From Promethearchaeati archaeon SRVP18_Atabeyarchaeia-1 (GTDB taxonomy: Archaea; Asgardarchaeota; Atabeyarchaeia; Atabeyarchaeales; Atabeyarchaeaceae), in the NCBI GenBank assembly GCA_037308085.1, contig CP147779.1, positions 928,001-992,000 of the forward strand: 64,000 bases of DNA, written 5' to 3'. How positions within the stretch are numbered: the stretch's first letter is position 1; the number at the start of each line of letters is the position of its first letter. Shown piece by piece: positions 1 through 10,959 of this stretch. Below the pieces are notes generated by a model, which saw only the letters and a program-made list of their open reading frames with translations, was not told the origin of the DNA and did not search any database. Both the position numbers and the translations under genes were made by a program.

Positions 1-39
1 GCCCTTGCCTGAAGAAGCTATCGTTAGACCGTTCTTCAA
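1..39 (-). CDS. 5' end of a MinD/ParA/CooC-type P-loop ATPase (runs off the window)
   Basis: AGGTG RBS, then TTG-start MKNGLTIASSGKG, matching the start of the deviant Walker A motif (SGKGG); only 13 codons visible. Confidence 0.45.
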   Translation of the reverse strand, partial: MKNGLTIASSGKG

Positions 40-384
40 CTTACCCACCTAATAGAAGGACTTCTTCGTCCAGTGATCGTCTAATCTCCAAAGTACCAAG
101 TCGGAATCTTTTAAACATAATCCTCATTCCAGTCAAACGTACATGCAGGCGTAGTGCCCTCTAGGACTTGGGCATCCACTAACTGTCTTTCTGATGATGC
201 CTCTGCGATTCAAGATATGAGAGGAACAGAGGCATTGAAAGGAAGAGGTACTCCAATTCTTTGAATGGATTTGCTTGGGGATAAAGACTCATTAATAGAT
301 TGGTCTCATAGATGTGTAAACAGCATCTTAATGGTCGCTCGCTAGTTAAAAGCATTGATAGATACGAAATTGGTGGCCTTTTCT

Positions 385-1674
385 TTGAAAGCAGTAATCC
401 TAGCTGCAGGGGAAGGCATAAGATTGCAGCCTCTTAGCCTAACCCGACCAAAAGTGATGCTACCGGTTGCCGGCAAGCCACTTCTACAGACTATTATAGA
501 ATCATTGAAGTCAAATGGGATCAATGACTTTTGTATAGTAGTTGGCTACCTGCAGGAGAGAATAAGGAACTTCTTTGGTAACGGCTCGCGATTCGGAGTC
601 GAGCTATGCTACATCGAGCAGAAGAAAGCAAAAGGGACTGCGGATGCAATATCACTAGCAGAGGAATTCGTCAAGGGTGATGACTTCCTGATGTCGAACG
701 GAGACGTTCTCATTAGGAAAGAGGAATACGGCAAGTTGATTGAAGGTCACCTCAATGAGAGATCTGAGGTATCAATGGCTGTTCATCCAGTAGGAGATCC
801 ATCGCAGTTCGGAATAGCTGAGTTGTCAGGAGACGACAAAGTAACAAGGATAATTGAGAAGCCGGCTCACGATCAGACGGACAGTAATTCCGCAAACTGT
901 GGGATCTACGTTTTCTCCAGCAAGATATTCGATGCCATAAAGAGAACTAGCAAATCAAGTAGAGGAGAATATGAGATAACCCAGTCCATACAGCAGATGC
1001 TAGATTATGGCGCTAGCCAAGTGAAAGCGTATAGAATTAGCGATTGGTGGATCCACATCGGTCAACCCTGGGATCTCTTGGAGGCAAATGAGATCCTACT
1101 AAGAGGGAGTACCGAGGAGTATCTTGTAGAAGGAGAGGTCGAGAACTCGGTGTCTATCAAGCCTCCAGTAAGGCTCGGCAAAGGCTCGATTGTTCGGGCA
1201 GGGTCATATGTTGAGGGGCCCGCGGTAATAGGAGAGAACTCCGATATTGGGCCGAACTCCTACATTCGACCCTTTACGTCGATAGGGGATAAATGCCGAA
1301 TAGGAAATTCCTGTGAGGTTAAGAATAGCATAGTCATGAACAATAGCCGCATCCCGCACTTATCCTACGTCGGGGACAGCATCATCGGCGAAAACGTTAA
1401 CTTGGGAGCGGGTACAGTAATCGCAAACCTGCGACTCGACGAGAAACCGATCTATGTCACAGTTAAAGGGCAGCGGGTAAATAGTGGGAGAAGAAAGCTG
1501 GGTGCTTTGATTGGAGACAACGTCAGAACAGGGATAGGAGTTATGATCATGCCCGGAGTCACGATAGGACCCGACAGTGCAATAGCAGCGAACATCAGCG
1601 TGAACTTCGACGTCCCTAGGAACACCTTTGTAGATGCGGAGATCGCGGGCTCAACCAGAAGCTGGCCGTCGTAA
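385..1674 (+). CDS. glmU: Bifunctional sugar-1-phosphate nucleotidyltransferase/acetyltransferase (archaeal GlmU-like)
   Basis: KAVILAAGEGxRLxPL..PK nucleotidyltransferase motif; C-terminal hexapeptide repeats with HLSYVGDS and GAGT.IANLR; TTG start inferred. Confidence 0.85.
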   Translation: MKAVILAAGEGIRLQPLSLTRPKVMLPVAGKPLLQTIIESLKSNGINDFCIVVGYLQERIRNFFGNGSRFGVELCYIEQKKAKGTADAISLAEEFVKGDDFLMSNGDVLIRKEEYGKLIEGHLNERSEVSMAVHPVGDPSQFGIAELSGDDKVTRIIEKPAHDQTDSNSANCGIYVFSSKIFDAIKRTSKSSRGEYEITQSIQQMLDYGASQVKAYRISDWWIHIGQPWDLLEANEILLRGSTEEYLVEGEVENSVSIKPPVRLGKGSIVRAGSYVEGPAVIGENSDIGPNSYIRPFTSIGDKCRIGNSCEVKNSIVMNNSRIPHLSYVGDSIIGENVNLGAGTVIANLRLDEKPIYVTVKGQRVNSGRRKLGALIGDNVRTGIGVMIMPGVTIGPDSAIAANISVNFDVPRNTFVDAEIAGSTRSWPS

Positions 1675-1871
1675 AGGCAAGGACATAGCTTGGTTCCTCT
1701 CATTTCCCTTCATTGATTGGCTCCTCAATCCGCTACAATTTATAAGTGTCATTTACAGCTCTTATCTATTCGCTAAAGGCAATATTGACCAGAGCGTTGC
1801 CAGCAGGGCTAAGATGCGGATTGCCGTATGCCGGATCCAGCGAAGTCCGGCAAGGGGGGCGTGACAACCAT

Positions 1872-2552
1872 TTGGCTGAGAAACTGATAACTCTCAAGGA
1901 TGTTTCGAAAGTCTATCACCTTGGCGCCGTGAAAGTCAATGCTCTGACAGGCATCAATCTCGAGATAGCCGAAGGGGAGTTCGTTATTATTCAAGGCCCC
2001 TCTGGAGCAGGCAAGACAACTCTGCTAAATATCATTGCAGGGCTAGACAATGTAACAAGTGGAACGATCAAGGTACGCGGCGTAAGAATAGACAGTGCAA
2101 CTGAAGACTATTTGTCTGGCTTCCGCTGCTTGAATATTGGTTTCGTGTTTCAGATGTACAATCTGATCTCCACTTTTACTGCGATTGAGAACATCGAGTT
2201 TCCCATTGAGATTGCGGGCGGCAGTGCCGAGAAAGCTGCTAGGTTCGCCAAGAGTATCTTGAAGCGACTAGGTCTGACAAGTAGGGCATTCCACCTACCA
2301 GCCCAGCTCAGCGGAGGCGAGCAACAACGTCTTGCCTTCGGTAGGGCAATAGCGAACGATCCTCCGATCATACTAGCCGATGAGCCCATAGGGAATCTGG
2401 ACAGAGCATCAGCGCAGAAGATAATTTCCATTTTGGATGAGCTGAAGAAGCAACGTAAGACTATTGTTGTCGTTTCACATGATGAGAGTACCCTGAAACT
2501 AGCCGACCGCATTCTGAACCTCGAAGATGGAAGGATAGGACATGCCCGTTAG
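1872..2552 (+). CDS. ABC transporter ATP-binding protein (LolD/MacB type)
   Basis: GPSGAGKTT, LSGGEQQR, ILADEP, VSHD; TTG start after G-rich RBS. Confidence 0.9.
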   Translation: MAEKLITLKDVSKVYHLGAVKVNALTGINLEIAEGEFVIIQGPSGAGKTTLLNIIAGLDNVTSGTIKVRGVRIDSATEDYLSGFRCLNIGFVFQMYNLISTFTAIENIEFPIEIAGGSAEKAARFAKSILKRLGLTSRAFHLPAQLSGGEQQRLAFGRAIANDPPIILADEPIGNLDRASAQKIISILDELKKQRKTIVVVSHDESTLKLADRILNLEDGRIGHAR

Positions 2553-4425
2553 TTCATTAAGAGACTTTTGGAGATCAAAAGACAGGTACCGCTCGAGCAT
2601 GATTGGCGCATTGGCTTCATTTGCTGCCACGACCTTTACAATCATGCTCGGAGCATCATTGGGCGCCCAAATCGGGGTCAACGTCTTAACTCGGGCATCA
2701 CCTGGATTCAGAAGCATATTCTCTACTTATGTATCACTTACGACTGTGTTTTCACTTCTGCTCTCCGTGATTACCTTTACAAATCTGATTGCAGCCGTGA
2801 TGGACAACCGTGCCAGAGATATTGCGATCCTAAAGACTTCCGGCGGTAGCATCGACAAGATCTATTCACACTTTATGACTCAGGCTATTCAAATAGCTTT
2901 CTTGCTGGGTGGTCTCAGTATAGTTGCTGGCGTCATAGTCTACTCTACTAGCATCTTGATCGTGGACTTGCTAGTTGGACTGAACATTCAGTTAGCGATA
3001 CCAACTCTTGAACTTCTCCTCATACTCGGCTTGCTGGTTGCGCTTAGCGTGGTTTTCGGTCACAGGTACGTTGCAAGAGCGGTTCGACTGCCGATCTCCG
3101 AAGTATTCTCACCTGAGATACACGATATTGAACTCCTCAGATCTCAAGGATGGTTGGCAAACAGGATAAGCAAACCAGGTTCACCCCTCAGAGTCGCATT
3201 CAGAAACGTCAGAAGGACGAGACGCTTTGCGTTGAGAGTGGCCACGTGTATTTTCCTTTCGATGGCTCTCACAACATCGATAACACTGGGTGGGGTGGTT
3301 GCTGACCAAACTACCCTCAACTACGCGAACCGGGCATTCAACGATCAGTTCATTTTTGTAGGGCATCAAGATATGTGGGTTCAATACTCCAGTCTGATTG
3401 GCTTCCAAGCCTCTCCCAAATATAATTCCAGTTTTAACTACCTTAATCCCCTGTACAGGATTAATGACTCGATTGTGCAGCAGGTAGCCTCACTGCCAGG
3501 AGTCTTGGCTGTTGATCCAAGACTGACATACGAGACTCAGATCAAGGAATTGAGTGAGCCGTCCTTCTACATTGATGCGAATGGAGTAACAAGAACCATA
3601 ATGATCGGGGACTCTAGATCAGCCCCCGTCCTAGTTAGTGGGGTAGACCCAGAGAGAGTCATCAGCAACTGGTTCGTTTCTGGTCGATTCATCAATTCAA
3701 GCGATTATCCACTCCAATCAGGCGGCTACTCTGCAATCGCTATAGGAGACTCAGTCACGTCGATCTTCGACGACATAAGCATCGAGAAGGCGAGCGTACT
3801 TGGAAAACAACTTGTCATCGTTGGAACCGTATTGGATCCGGTTGACTCTGGATGGACGATATACATGCTACGCAACGTCCTCTGTACTCTGCTTGGATAC
3901 AACGGATCCAACATTCTTCTGATCAAACCCGATCCCAGTAACTATTCAGGCACACTCACACAGGTCCGAAACAACGTAACAAAATACGGTCTCTCAGCTT
4001 ACTCAATGAGCCCAATCGTCCAAAATCTTAACAATTTCCTGAATTTCACGTGGTTAGTGGCTCTTATTCCCGTCATAATGCTAATCCTTACCTTAATGAT
4101 GGGAGTCGTCAGCTACATGAACCTCGCTTTCGAGACAAGCAAGCGGGATTTTGGGATCATGCGGGGAATAGGCGCAACCCCCAAGCATACCAGAAGAACC
4201 ATTCTGAGGCAGGGCGTAATCGTATCAACGTGGCCAGGAATATCTGGAATAGTCGTAGGCCTCATAGTTGCAGTCTATTTCTTCATCCCAGAGGCTGTAG
4301 TCACCCCACTATTGGTGGTGGTTTCGATCACACTGCTAATGGCCCTCCTATACTCCGCTTCCTTGGTAGCGTCGGTCTTCACATCTCGCTTCTCCAGTAA
4401 GCCAGTCATAGACATCATGAGATAG
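2542..4425 (+). CDS. FtsX/MacB-like ABC permease
   Basis: Two FtsX-type motifs (RARDIAILKTSGG; RDFGIMRGIGA), TM segments, one large extracellular domain; overlaps the ATPase. Confidence 0.8.
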   Translation: MPVSSLRDFWRSKDRYRSSMIGALASFAATTFTIMLGASLGAQIGVNVLTRASPGFRSIFSTYVSLTTVFSLLLSVITFTNLIAAVMDNRARDIAILKTSGGSIDKIYSHFMTQAIQIAFLLGGLSIVAGVIVYSTSILIVDLLVGLNIQLAIPTLELLLILGLLVALSVVFGHRYVARAVRLPISEVFSPEIHDIELLRSQGWLANRISKPGSPLRVAFRNVRRTRRFALRVATCIFLSMALTTSITLGGVVADQTTLNYANRAFNDQFIFVGHQDMWVQYSSLIGFQASPKYNSSFNYLNPLYRINDSIVQQVASLPGVLAVDPRLTYETQIKELSEPSFYIDANGVTRTIMIGDSRSAPVLVSGVDPERVISNWFVSGRFINSSDYPLQSGGYSAIAIGDSVTSIFDDISIEKASVLGKQLVIVGTVLDPVDSGWTIYMLRNVLCTLLGYNGSNILLIKPDPSNYSGTLTQVRNNVTKYGLSAYSMSPIVQNLNNFLNFTWLVALIPVIMLILTLMMGVVSYMNLAFETSKRDFGIMRGIGATPKHTRRTILRQGVIVSTWPGISGIVVGLIVAVYFFIPEAVVTPLLVVVSITLLMALLYSASLVASVFTSRFSSKPVIDIMR

Positions 4426-4557
4426 GGTCAGTCTATCCAGGTCTCTGACTGAAACCTTTTGTACTAGGTTTGTCGATCTATTACTTAGGTTCGGGCTCGC
4501 GCCGAGACAATGGAATCTCGACTGAGCTGACGATCGTGTTTCAGTGGGGCGCGTGTA

Positions 4558-5925
4558 ATGGTCAAACTCACTGCTTATGGCGGGGTGTCGGAAATTGGTG
4601 GCAACAAGATCCTCCTAGAGGATGGAGACACGAGGATCTTCCTAGACTTTGGGCTGAGCTTCACTGCCGAAGCCAAGTACTTTGGAGGCGCAATCTCACC
4701 GCGCGGCGTAAATGGAATTGGCGACTACTTGGAGTTCGGCTTGTTGCCAAGACTCGAAGGACTTTATGCTGAAAGCCAAATCAAGCAAACAGGCATTCCG
4801 TTCAAGTCCGCCCAGTACCAGGGTGTGCTGATATCACACGCCCACGTGGACCACGTTGGCTACCTGAAATTCTTGGAAGAATCAGTGCCGGTATTCTGCG
4901 GGCAGACATCCAAGACAATTCTGGGAGCGCTCTATGACTGTAGTGGGACGGATGTAAACCCGTCTTCATTCAGAGCTTTTAGAACCGGAGACAAGATACG
5001 CATAGATAACATCGAAATCTGGCCAATTCACGTCGATCACTCAATCCCGGGCGCCTACGGATTCATTATTCACACGACTGAAGGAGCAATTATCTACACA
5101 GGAGACCTGAGGCTACATGGACCAGTAGGAAAGATGACCGAAGAGTTTGTGGCAAAAGCCGCAGAAGAGCATCCAACTGCGCTAATATGCGAAGGTACGC
5201 GAGTTGGGCAAGGAGAGACACACAAACTCCATAGTGAAGCGGAAGTGAGAGACTCAGCAAACAAGGTCGTATCTGGCACGTCAAAGTTGGTGACAGCATC
5301 ATTCTACGGAAGAGACATCGACCGGCTAAACACGTTGTACTCGATCGCTAAGGCAAACAAGCGCAAGTTTGTAGTTCCAATAAAGATGGCGTTGCTTCTT
5401 AGCAGATTGAGGGGCGATGCCCACTTGGTCGTGCCGGATGTTCTGTCCGATGAGAATATACTCGTCTACAAGAAACGCAAGAAGTCAGGGTCCTTCGACG
5501 AGAAGGACTATTACAAGTGGGAGCGCCCGTTCGTCGAAAAAGCGGTCGATCATAAGTACGTGCATGATAACCAGTCAAAGTTGATAGTCGCCATGGACCC
5601 AAGTTCCTTTGCAGAGCTGATAGACATTAGACCTGACCCAGGAGGACAGTACATCTATTCGATGAGCGAGCCTTATTCCGAGCTTGAAGAAGCAAATGAG
5701 GAAATACAGAGGAGTTGGCTTGAGCACTTCCAAATGAGCTATAACCAAATCCATGCGTCAGGTCATGCCCCACCCAAGGATCTGGGGAACTTGATCAACA
5801 CCATAAAACCGAAAATCCTAATTCCAATCCACACTGAACACCCCGACAAATTTCAAGATTTCGTAAGGAAGGAGTCCACGAGACTCATCATACCGGAGAA
5901 GTCAATCGCCTACAGCGTCCCTTGA
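4558..5925 (+). CDS. MBL-fold/beta-CASP hydrolase (RNase J-like)
   Basis: GGxxEIGGN, SHAHVDH, VDHS, YTGD, HASGH, PIH motifs. Confidence 0.85.
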   Translation: MVKLTAYGGVSEIGGNKILLEDGDTRIFLDFGLSFTAEAKYFGGAISPRGVNGIGDYLEFGLLPRLEGLYAESQIKQTGIPFKSAQYQGVLISHAHVDHVGYLKFLEESVPVFCGQTSKTILGALYDCSGTDVNPSSFRAFRTGDKIRIDNIEIWPIHVDHSIPGAYGFIIHTTEGAIIYTGDLRLHGPVGKMTEEFVAKAAEEHPTALICEGTRVGQGETHKLHSEAEVRDSANKVVSGTSKLVTASFYGRDIDRLNTLYSIAKANKRKFVVPIKMALLLSRLRGDAHLVVPDVLSDENILVYKKRKKSGSFDEKDYYKWERPFVEKAVDHKYVHDNQSKLIVAMDPSSFAELIDIRPDPGGQYIYSMSEPYSELEEANEEIQRSWLEHFQMSYNQIHASGHAPPKDLGNLINTIKPKILIPIHTEHPDKFQDFVRKESTRLIIPEKSIAYSVP

Positions 5926-6119
5926 CTTTGCCATCAACATCCCAATTCGAGGTCACGCCTGGCGCGGGAATCTGAGCTGAGTCAGCAACCCCTTACCGTC
6001 GCCTCCGAATCAATCACGACGCGGTGTCAGAATACCTTAAATAGATCGAGATTTCAATTTGGGATGAGTACTCTCTTAAAGAGAATCTCATGTCGTTTTT
6101 TCGGAGGTCCGGTTCGCGT

Positions 6120-7346
6120 ATGAAACTGAATCGCGGCGTTGCAGTAGTCGGAGCTGGCATGACAAAATTCGGGCGTCACGCCGATCTGTCCTCCAGGGAA
6201 CTCTTTGTTGAAGCTTTTAGCAAGGCGCTGGTCTCAGTTGACCGGAACCTTGACCGGAAAATGATCCAAGCGTTATTCTTGGGCAATTTCACAAGCGACT
6301 TGTTTGAGCACCAGGGGCATACAGCTCCGCTGATGGCAGACTGGGTTGGGCTCTGCCCGGCTCCTTCGACGAGGGTCGAGGGCGCATGCGCTTCGGGCGG
6401 CTTGGCTTTTCGTATGGGGGTCCTTGCAATAGCCTCAGGACTCTATGATGTGGTGTGCGTGGGGGGCTATGAGAAGATGACAGGTTTATCGACCCCTGCC
6501 GTAACCGACGCGTTGGCTTGCGCCAGCGATGTATCTTATGAGGCGATTCCGGGCGCGACTTTCCCAGGGCTGTATGCCGAGATGGCAGTCGCACACATGA
6601 AGAAGTACGGGACCAAATGGGATATGTTGGCAAGAATCAGCCTCAAAAATCACAGGAACGGCTCAATAAACCCTTTGGCACAGTTCAACAAGTCAATCGA
6701 GGACATAGCAAAAGGCAAGGGATTCACAGATGTCATGCAATTCCTGAATGATTCAAAATCCAATCCCGTAGTATCTTGGCCACTGAGGCTATTTGACTGC
6801 AGTCCAATCTCTGACGGCTCTGCTGCAGCGATCTTGGTCGCATCAGATAGAGCGAAAGAATTCACAGATACACCCATGTACATCATCGGAACGGGGCAAG
6901 GGACGGCCTCAATGGGATTACATGATCGCCAAGATCTCACAACACTCCCATCTGCAGTTGAAGCTAGCAGGCAAGCATACAAGATGGCTGGCTTGACGTC
7001 GAAGGACATACAAATAGCCGAAGTTCATGACTGCTTCACTATAGCTGAGCTGATAGCAACCGAGGATCTTGGGTTCTTCCCGAAGGGAGAAGGTGGAAAG
7101 GCTGCCTCGGAAGGAAGAACTGCGAGAGAAGGCGACAAACCAATCAACACCTCTGGTGGATTGAAGTGCAAAGGGCATCCAGTTGGAGCATCAGGCGTTG
7201 CCCAAGTCTTTGAGCAATTCCAGCAACTTCGTGGAACGGCAGGCGGGCGGCAAGTACCTGACGTGGAATTGAGCTTGACACATAACGTGGGGGGAAGTGG
7301 AAGTACAGCAGTGGTCCACATCTTCTCTCGGAGCAAGCGAAACTGA
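6120..7346 (+). CDS. Thiolase (archaeal/SCP2-type acetyl-CoA acetyltransferase)
   Basis: EGACASG, DCSPISDG, EVHDCF, GHPVGASG. Confidence 0.9.
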   Translation: MKLNRGVAVVGAGMTKFGRHADLSSRELFVEAFSKALVSVDRNLDRKMIQALFLGNFTSDLFEHQGHTAPLMADWVGLCPAPSTRVEGACASGGLAFRMGVLAIASGLYDVVCVGGYEKMTGLSTPAVTDALACASDVSYEAIPGATFPGLYAEMAVAHMKKYGTKWDMLARISLKNHRNGSINPLAQFNKSIEDIAKGKGFTDVMQFLNDSKSNPVVSWPLRLFDCSPISDGSAAAILVASDRAKEFTDTPMYIIGTGQGTASMGLHDRQDLTTLPSAVEASRQAYKMAGLTSKDIQIAEVHDCFTIAELIATEDLGFFPKGEGGKAASEGRTAREGDKPINTSGGLKCKGHPVGASGVAQVFEQFQQLRGTAGGRQVPDVELSLTHNVGGSGSTAVVHIFSRSKRN

Positions 7347-7361
7347 CAGTAGGATGGAGGA

Positions 7362-7769
7362 TTGAAAGCCGTGGCTGAAACTCAACCAAGCTTCTCAGTA
7401 AAATCCTTCTACGACTTCTTAATCAAGAGAAAACTGATGGGCGTGAAGTGCACGAAGTGCAACGCAGTCTCTGCACCACCGAGACCGATATGCCCAAAAT
7501 GCGGATCAACAAAAATGTCGTGGGTGGAGCTAAGTGGAAAGGCTAAACTCACAACTTTCACAGTCGTGCACGTGGGACCTTCAGAACTGGCGAGCGAGAC
7601 GCCGTACGTTGTCGGAGTGGCAGAACTCAGCGAAGGGCCGAAGGTGTCTTGCAGAATAACAGGTGTCGATCCGACTAACCCTGAATCCATCAAGATTGGA
7701 TCTCCGATGATCGTTGACTTCATAATCAAGGGTGAGAAAGCGGTGCTGGGTTTCCGCCCAGCCACCTAA
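7362..7769 (+). CDS. Zn-ribbon/OB-fold thiolase partner (DUF35)
   Basis: CxxC..PPR..CPxCG followed by an OB fold; directly after the thiolase. Confidence 0.85.
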   Translation: MKAVAETQPSFSVKSFYDFLIKRKLMGVKCTKCNAVSAPPRPICPKCGSTKMSWVELSGKAKLTTFTVVHVGPSELASETPYVVGVAELSEGPKVSCRITGVDPTNPESIKIGSPMIVDFIIKGEKAVLGFRPAT

Positions 7770-7796
7770 GTGGGGATTCTCTTCATCATCCTTGCT

Positions 7797-8930
7797 CTAT
7801 CCCAGTTCGCCTCTTGATATGATCAGTCTCTGAATTTCTGAGGTTCCTTCAGCGATCTCCGTCATCTTCGCGTCGCGCATATGCCTCTCTACTTCATATT
7901 CCCTGCAGTAGCCGTATCCCCCATGGATCTGGACAGCCTTCGTGGTTGTCCTCATGGCTGTCTCGGCTGCAAAGACCTTGGCCATTGCAGCTTGAGCCGT
8001 AAAAGGTTCGTGCTTATCCATCAGCCAAGCTGCCCTATATGTCAAGAGACGTGCAGCGTCGATTTCGGTAGCCATATCAGCTACCATGAATTGTATTGCC
8101 TCATTTTTGGCGATGGGTTGACCAAATTGTATCCTCTCTTTGGCAAACTTCCTCGCCTTATCCAGCGCCGCCCTAGCTATGCCATTAGCCATCGCTGCGA
8201 CACCAACCCTGCCGCCCTCAAAAGCCGCCATGGCAACCTTGAAGCCATCTGTGCTAAGCAGGTTTTCCTTAGGCACCTCACACTCATGAAACACAAGTTC
8301 GCCAGTAGAGCACCCGCGGACCCCCATCTTATCCTCAATTTTCCCGAAAGAGAAGCCGGGCGTGCCTTTCTCTATAATGAATGCCTGTATACCTTTGTGT
8401 TTCTTCTCGGGGTCGACCGTCGCAAACACCAAATAGATGTCAGCCTCGCCGGCATTTGTTATGAAGGTCTTTGTCCCATTGACGATATATCGACCGTCGC
8501 GTAGCGTCGCCTTTGCCTGTATTGCTATTGCGTCAGAGCCAGCCCCAGGCTCAGTGTAGCCGATTGCGCCTATCTTATCGCCTCTGGCTAGTGGCGAGAG
8601 ATACTTCTCTTTTTGCTCAGAGGATCCAAAGCAATAGATGGGGTTCGTGGCTGCTAACGTATGAACGGACACCACAAACCCAGTCGTAGCACAAGCATAA
8701 GACAGTTCCTCAACAGTGATGGCTTCGCTGAGGTAATCTGCGCCAGCTCCGCCAAACGCGGTTGGGAAAGGAACTCCCATCAGCCCTTTCTCAGCAACTC
8801 TTCCGAGGATACCACGCGGGAAAACGCCCGTTGCATCAACCTCGGCAGCCTTAGGGGCTATCTCCCTGCGAGCGAATTCTCGAACCATGTCTCGCATCAT
8901 CTTCTGCTCCTCGCCAAAACCAAAATCCAT
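7797..8930 (-). CDS. Acyl-CoA dehydrogenase
   Basis: TEPGAGSD, NGTKTFITN, RxQFG, QIHGGYGY, EGTSEIQR. Confidence 0.92.
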   Translation of the reverse strand: MDFGFGEEQKMMRDMVREFARREIAPKAAEVDATGVFPRGILGRVAEKGLMGVPFPTAFGGAGADYLSEAITVEELSYACATTGFVVSVHTLAATNPIYCFGSSEQKEKYLSPLARGDKIGAIGYTEPGAGSDAIAIQAKATLRDGRYIVNGTKTFITNAGEADIYLVFATVDPEKKHKGIQAFIIEKGTPGFSFGKIEDKMGVRGCSTGELVFHECEVPKENLLSTDGFKVAMAAFEGGRVGVAAMANGIARAALDKARKFAKERIQFGQPIAKNEAIQFMVADMATEIDAARLLTYRAAWLMDKHEPFTAQAAMAKVFAAETAMRTTTKAVQIHGGYGYCREYEVERHMRDAKMTEIAEGTSEIQRLIISRGELG

Positions 8931-9165
8931 TCGATGTTCACCCCATAGGTCATTGAAGTGTTCGAACCTAGATTGTTCTTCTTCTCTAGTCAGATGGCTC
9001 AGCTATAAAGATGTTCTGAAGCCATTTCTCAGGTGAGGTAGTGGTTCCAAATCCAGGAAATATAGCCGGTCACCTGGTCACGTAGTACCTCGGGTAACAA
9101 TCATGAACAGAAGAATAAGAAGCGAAAAGTAGGAAGGAGCTGAGTCCGTTGCAAGAAGAGCTGGC

Positions 9166-10359
9166 TCATCTGTTTCCAGGCAAAGGTTCCTTCGCATAGA
9201 ATTTCGCTGAGTATTTCTTCAGCTCGTCTTCGCTCCAAATCCAGCCTTGCTCTTTCTTGTTATCTATGAAGATCATCCGATCTGTGCAACTGAAGCACGG
9301 ATCAATCGCGGCCAATACAATCGGTATGTCCGCGATATATCCTCCTTTAAGCATCTCGCAGGCTGCGGGGATATTTGCGAGCGTGGGTGCTCTTACCTTG
9401 ACCCTCTCAGGCTTGTCAGTTCCATTTGATCTTATGTAGTGGATGAGTTCGCCCCTGGGTGCTTCGACATGGCTAACTGCCTCGTTAGGAGGTATTTTCC
9501 TCGTCAGTTTAGTTCTGAAGTCGCCGTTGGGGAGGTTATCAAGAATCCATTTGCAGATGTTTATCGCTTGGAATGTCTCTTCCACTCTTACTACTACCCT
9601 TCCGGCTACATCGCACATGTCACTCGTTATGACGTCGAACGGAACCTCGTCATATATCCCGTAGGGGTCATCGCGCCTTACATCGTATTTTATTCCGCTC
9701 GCACGTAGGGTTGGTCCCACGGTGCAGAGAGACCTTGCGACGTCAGGCTTGAGCACTCCGATCCCGATGGCTCTCGAGAGTAGCGTCTTCTCTCCTAGGC
9801 ACAGCTTCTTGTAGTATTCTGTTCGCTCTTGGAGAACCTTCAGCGTCTTGTTCACTTTCCTTATCTGCTCCGGCGTTATATCTCTGCGGACTCCTCCAAT
9901 GGTGTTGTAGGCGTAGTTGACACGATTACCGGTCAGCATCTCAAGTGCATCCAACACGACTTCACGGTCTCTCCAGACGTACATTAGGAGCGTGTCCCAG
10001 CCGACTTCATGTCCGGCGACACCCAGCCAAAGAAGATGGCTATGGATCCTGTTTAGCTCGGAAACGAGCGTCCTCAGGTATAGTCCCCTGGGGGGTACCT
10101 GAATCCCTCCGCATTCCTCTACTCCCTGGGTGAAAGCGGTAGTGTGGGCATGGGAGCAGATTCCACAGATTCTCTCAGCCAGGTATATGTCCTGTAAGAA
10201 GGTCCTGGCCTCCATGGCTTTCTCTATGCCCCTATGATTGTAGCCAACTCTCGCAGTAACACCGACTACGTATTCTCCTTCGACATCAAATGTAAAGTTT
10301 GAGGGCTCTTTCAGGGCAGGGTGTTGCGGTCCAACGGGAACCTTAAAGGTCTGAACCAA
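9166..10359 (-). CDS. Group 4 [NiFe]-hydrogenase large subunit (NuoD-like)
   Basis: GPQHP, L1 ERICGICS, EAPRGE, L2 DPCFSCTDR with a cleavable C-terminal tail. Confidence 0.9.
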   Translation of the reverse strand: MVQTFKVPVGPQHPALKEPSNFTFDVEGEYVVGVTARVGYNHRGIEKAMEARTFLQDIYLAERICGICSHAHTTAFTQGVEECGGIQVPPRGLYLRTLVSELNRIHSHLLWLGVAGHEVGWDTLLMYVWRDREVVLDALEMLTGNRVNYAYNTIGGVRRDITPEQIRKVNKTLKVLQERTEYYKKLCLGEKTLLSRAIGIGVLKPDVARSLCTVGPTLRASGIKYDVRRDDPYGIYDEVPFDVITSDMCDVAGRVVVRVEETFQAINICKWILDNLPNGDFRTKLTRKIPPNEAVSHVEAPRGELIHYIRSNGTDKPERVKVRAPTLANIPAACEMLKGGYIADIPIVLAAIDPCFSCTDRMIFIDNKKEQGWIWSEDELKKYSAKFYAKEPLPGNR

Positions 10360-10447
10360 TTCGCTGATTCCTCCACTACTGATGAATAATCGTTACGCCT
10401 TATTCAGATTGAGCAGGCTCTTTTTAACTTCTTGTATCTGTTTCGTG

Positions 10448-10939
10448 TTATTTCTGCTGCTGTTCGGGTGATTTCCAGTCTTTGCGAAGAGGGTAAACTC
10501 CCTCGGGCCAATCGTCGGATAGTTCGAGCCGAGCGAGGTTCGGGTGTCCCTTGAAATCTATGCCAAACATGTCATGAACCTCTCTTTCGTACAGAGTAGA
10601 CCCTGGGATCAGATCCGTAATCGTCTCGATTCTGGGTTTGCTGCGTGGGACCTCAACCCTAAGATTCACTACGACGTTCTTCACGAAGAAGTGAAAGATA
10701 ACTTCGAAGTTCTCGCCAAGGTCCGCACCCGACATCGTTGTAAGATGGTATAAACCCCAATTGTCTTTCATGAACTGAACAGCCTTGCGGTGTGCCCCAG
10801 CTTTGACTTTGAAATAGATCCTACGAGCCCTCTGCACTTTGGATTCGACCAGATCATCACCAAGGGCCTTCTTCAGTTCCTCGACCATCCCATTTTCGAC
10901 GTCAAGCTTCTCGGACACGGTCTTCTTCTCTTCGGTCAT
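10448..10939 (-). CDS. NuoC-like subunit of the hydrogenase complex
   Basis: EREVHDMFGIDFKGHP...YPLRKD. Confidence 0.88.
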   Translation of the reverse strand: MTEEKKTVSEKLDVENGMVEELKKALGDDLVESKVQRARRIYFKVKAGAHRKAVQFMKDNWGLYHLTTMSGADLGENFEVIFHFFVKNVVVNLRVEVPRSKPRIETITDLIPGSTLYEREVHDMFGIDFKGHPNLARLELSDDWPEGVYPLRKDWKSPEQQQK

Positions 10940-10959
10940 TTCTCTCAGATCCTCCTCGA

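Noticed and set aside
186-243. Hairpin with CTGATGA...GAAA resembling a hammerhead, SECIS or K-turn
   Set aside because: Extra nucleotides break both the hammerhead core and the GA-quartet register, no stems I/III were found, and it is not downstream of a gene
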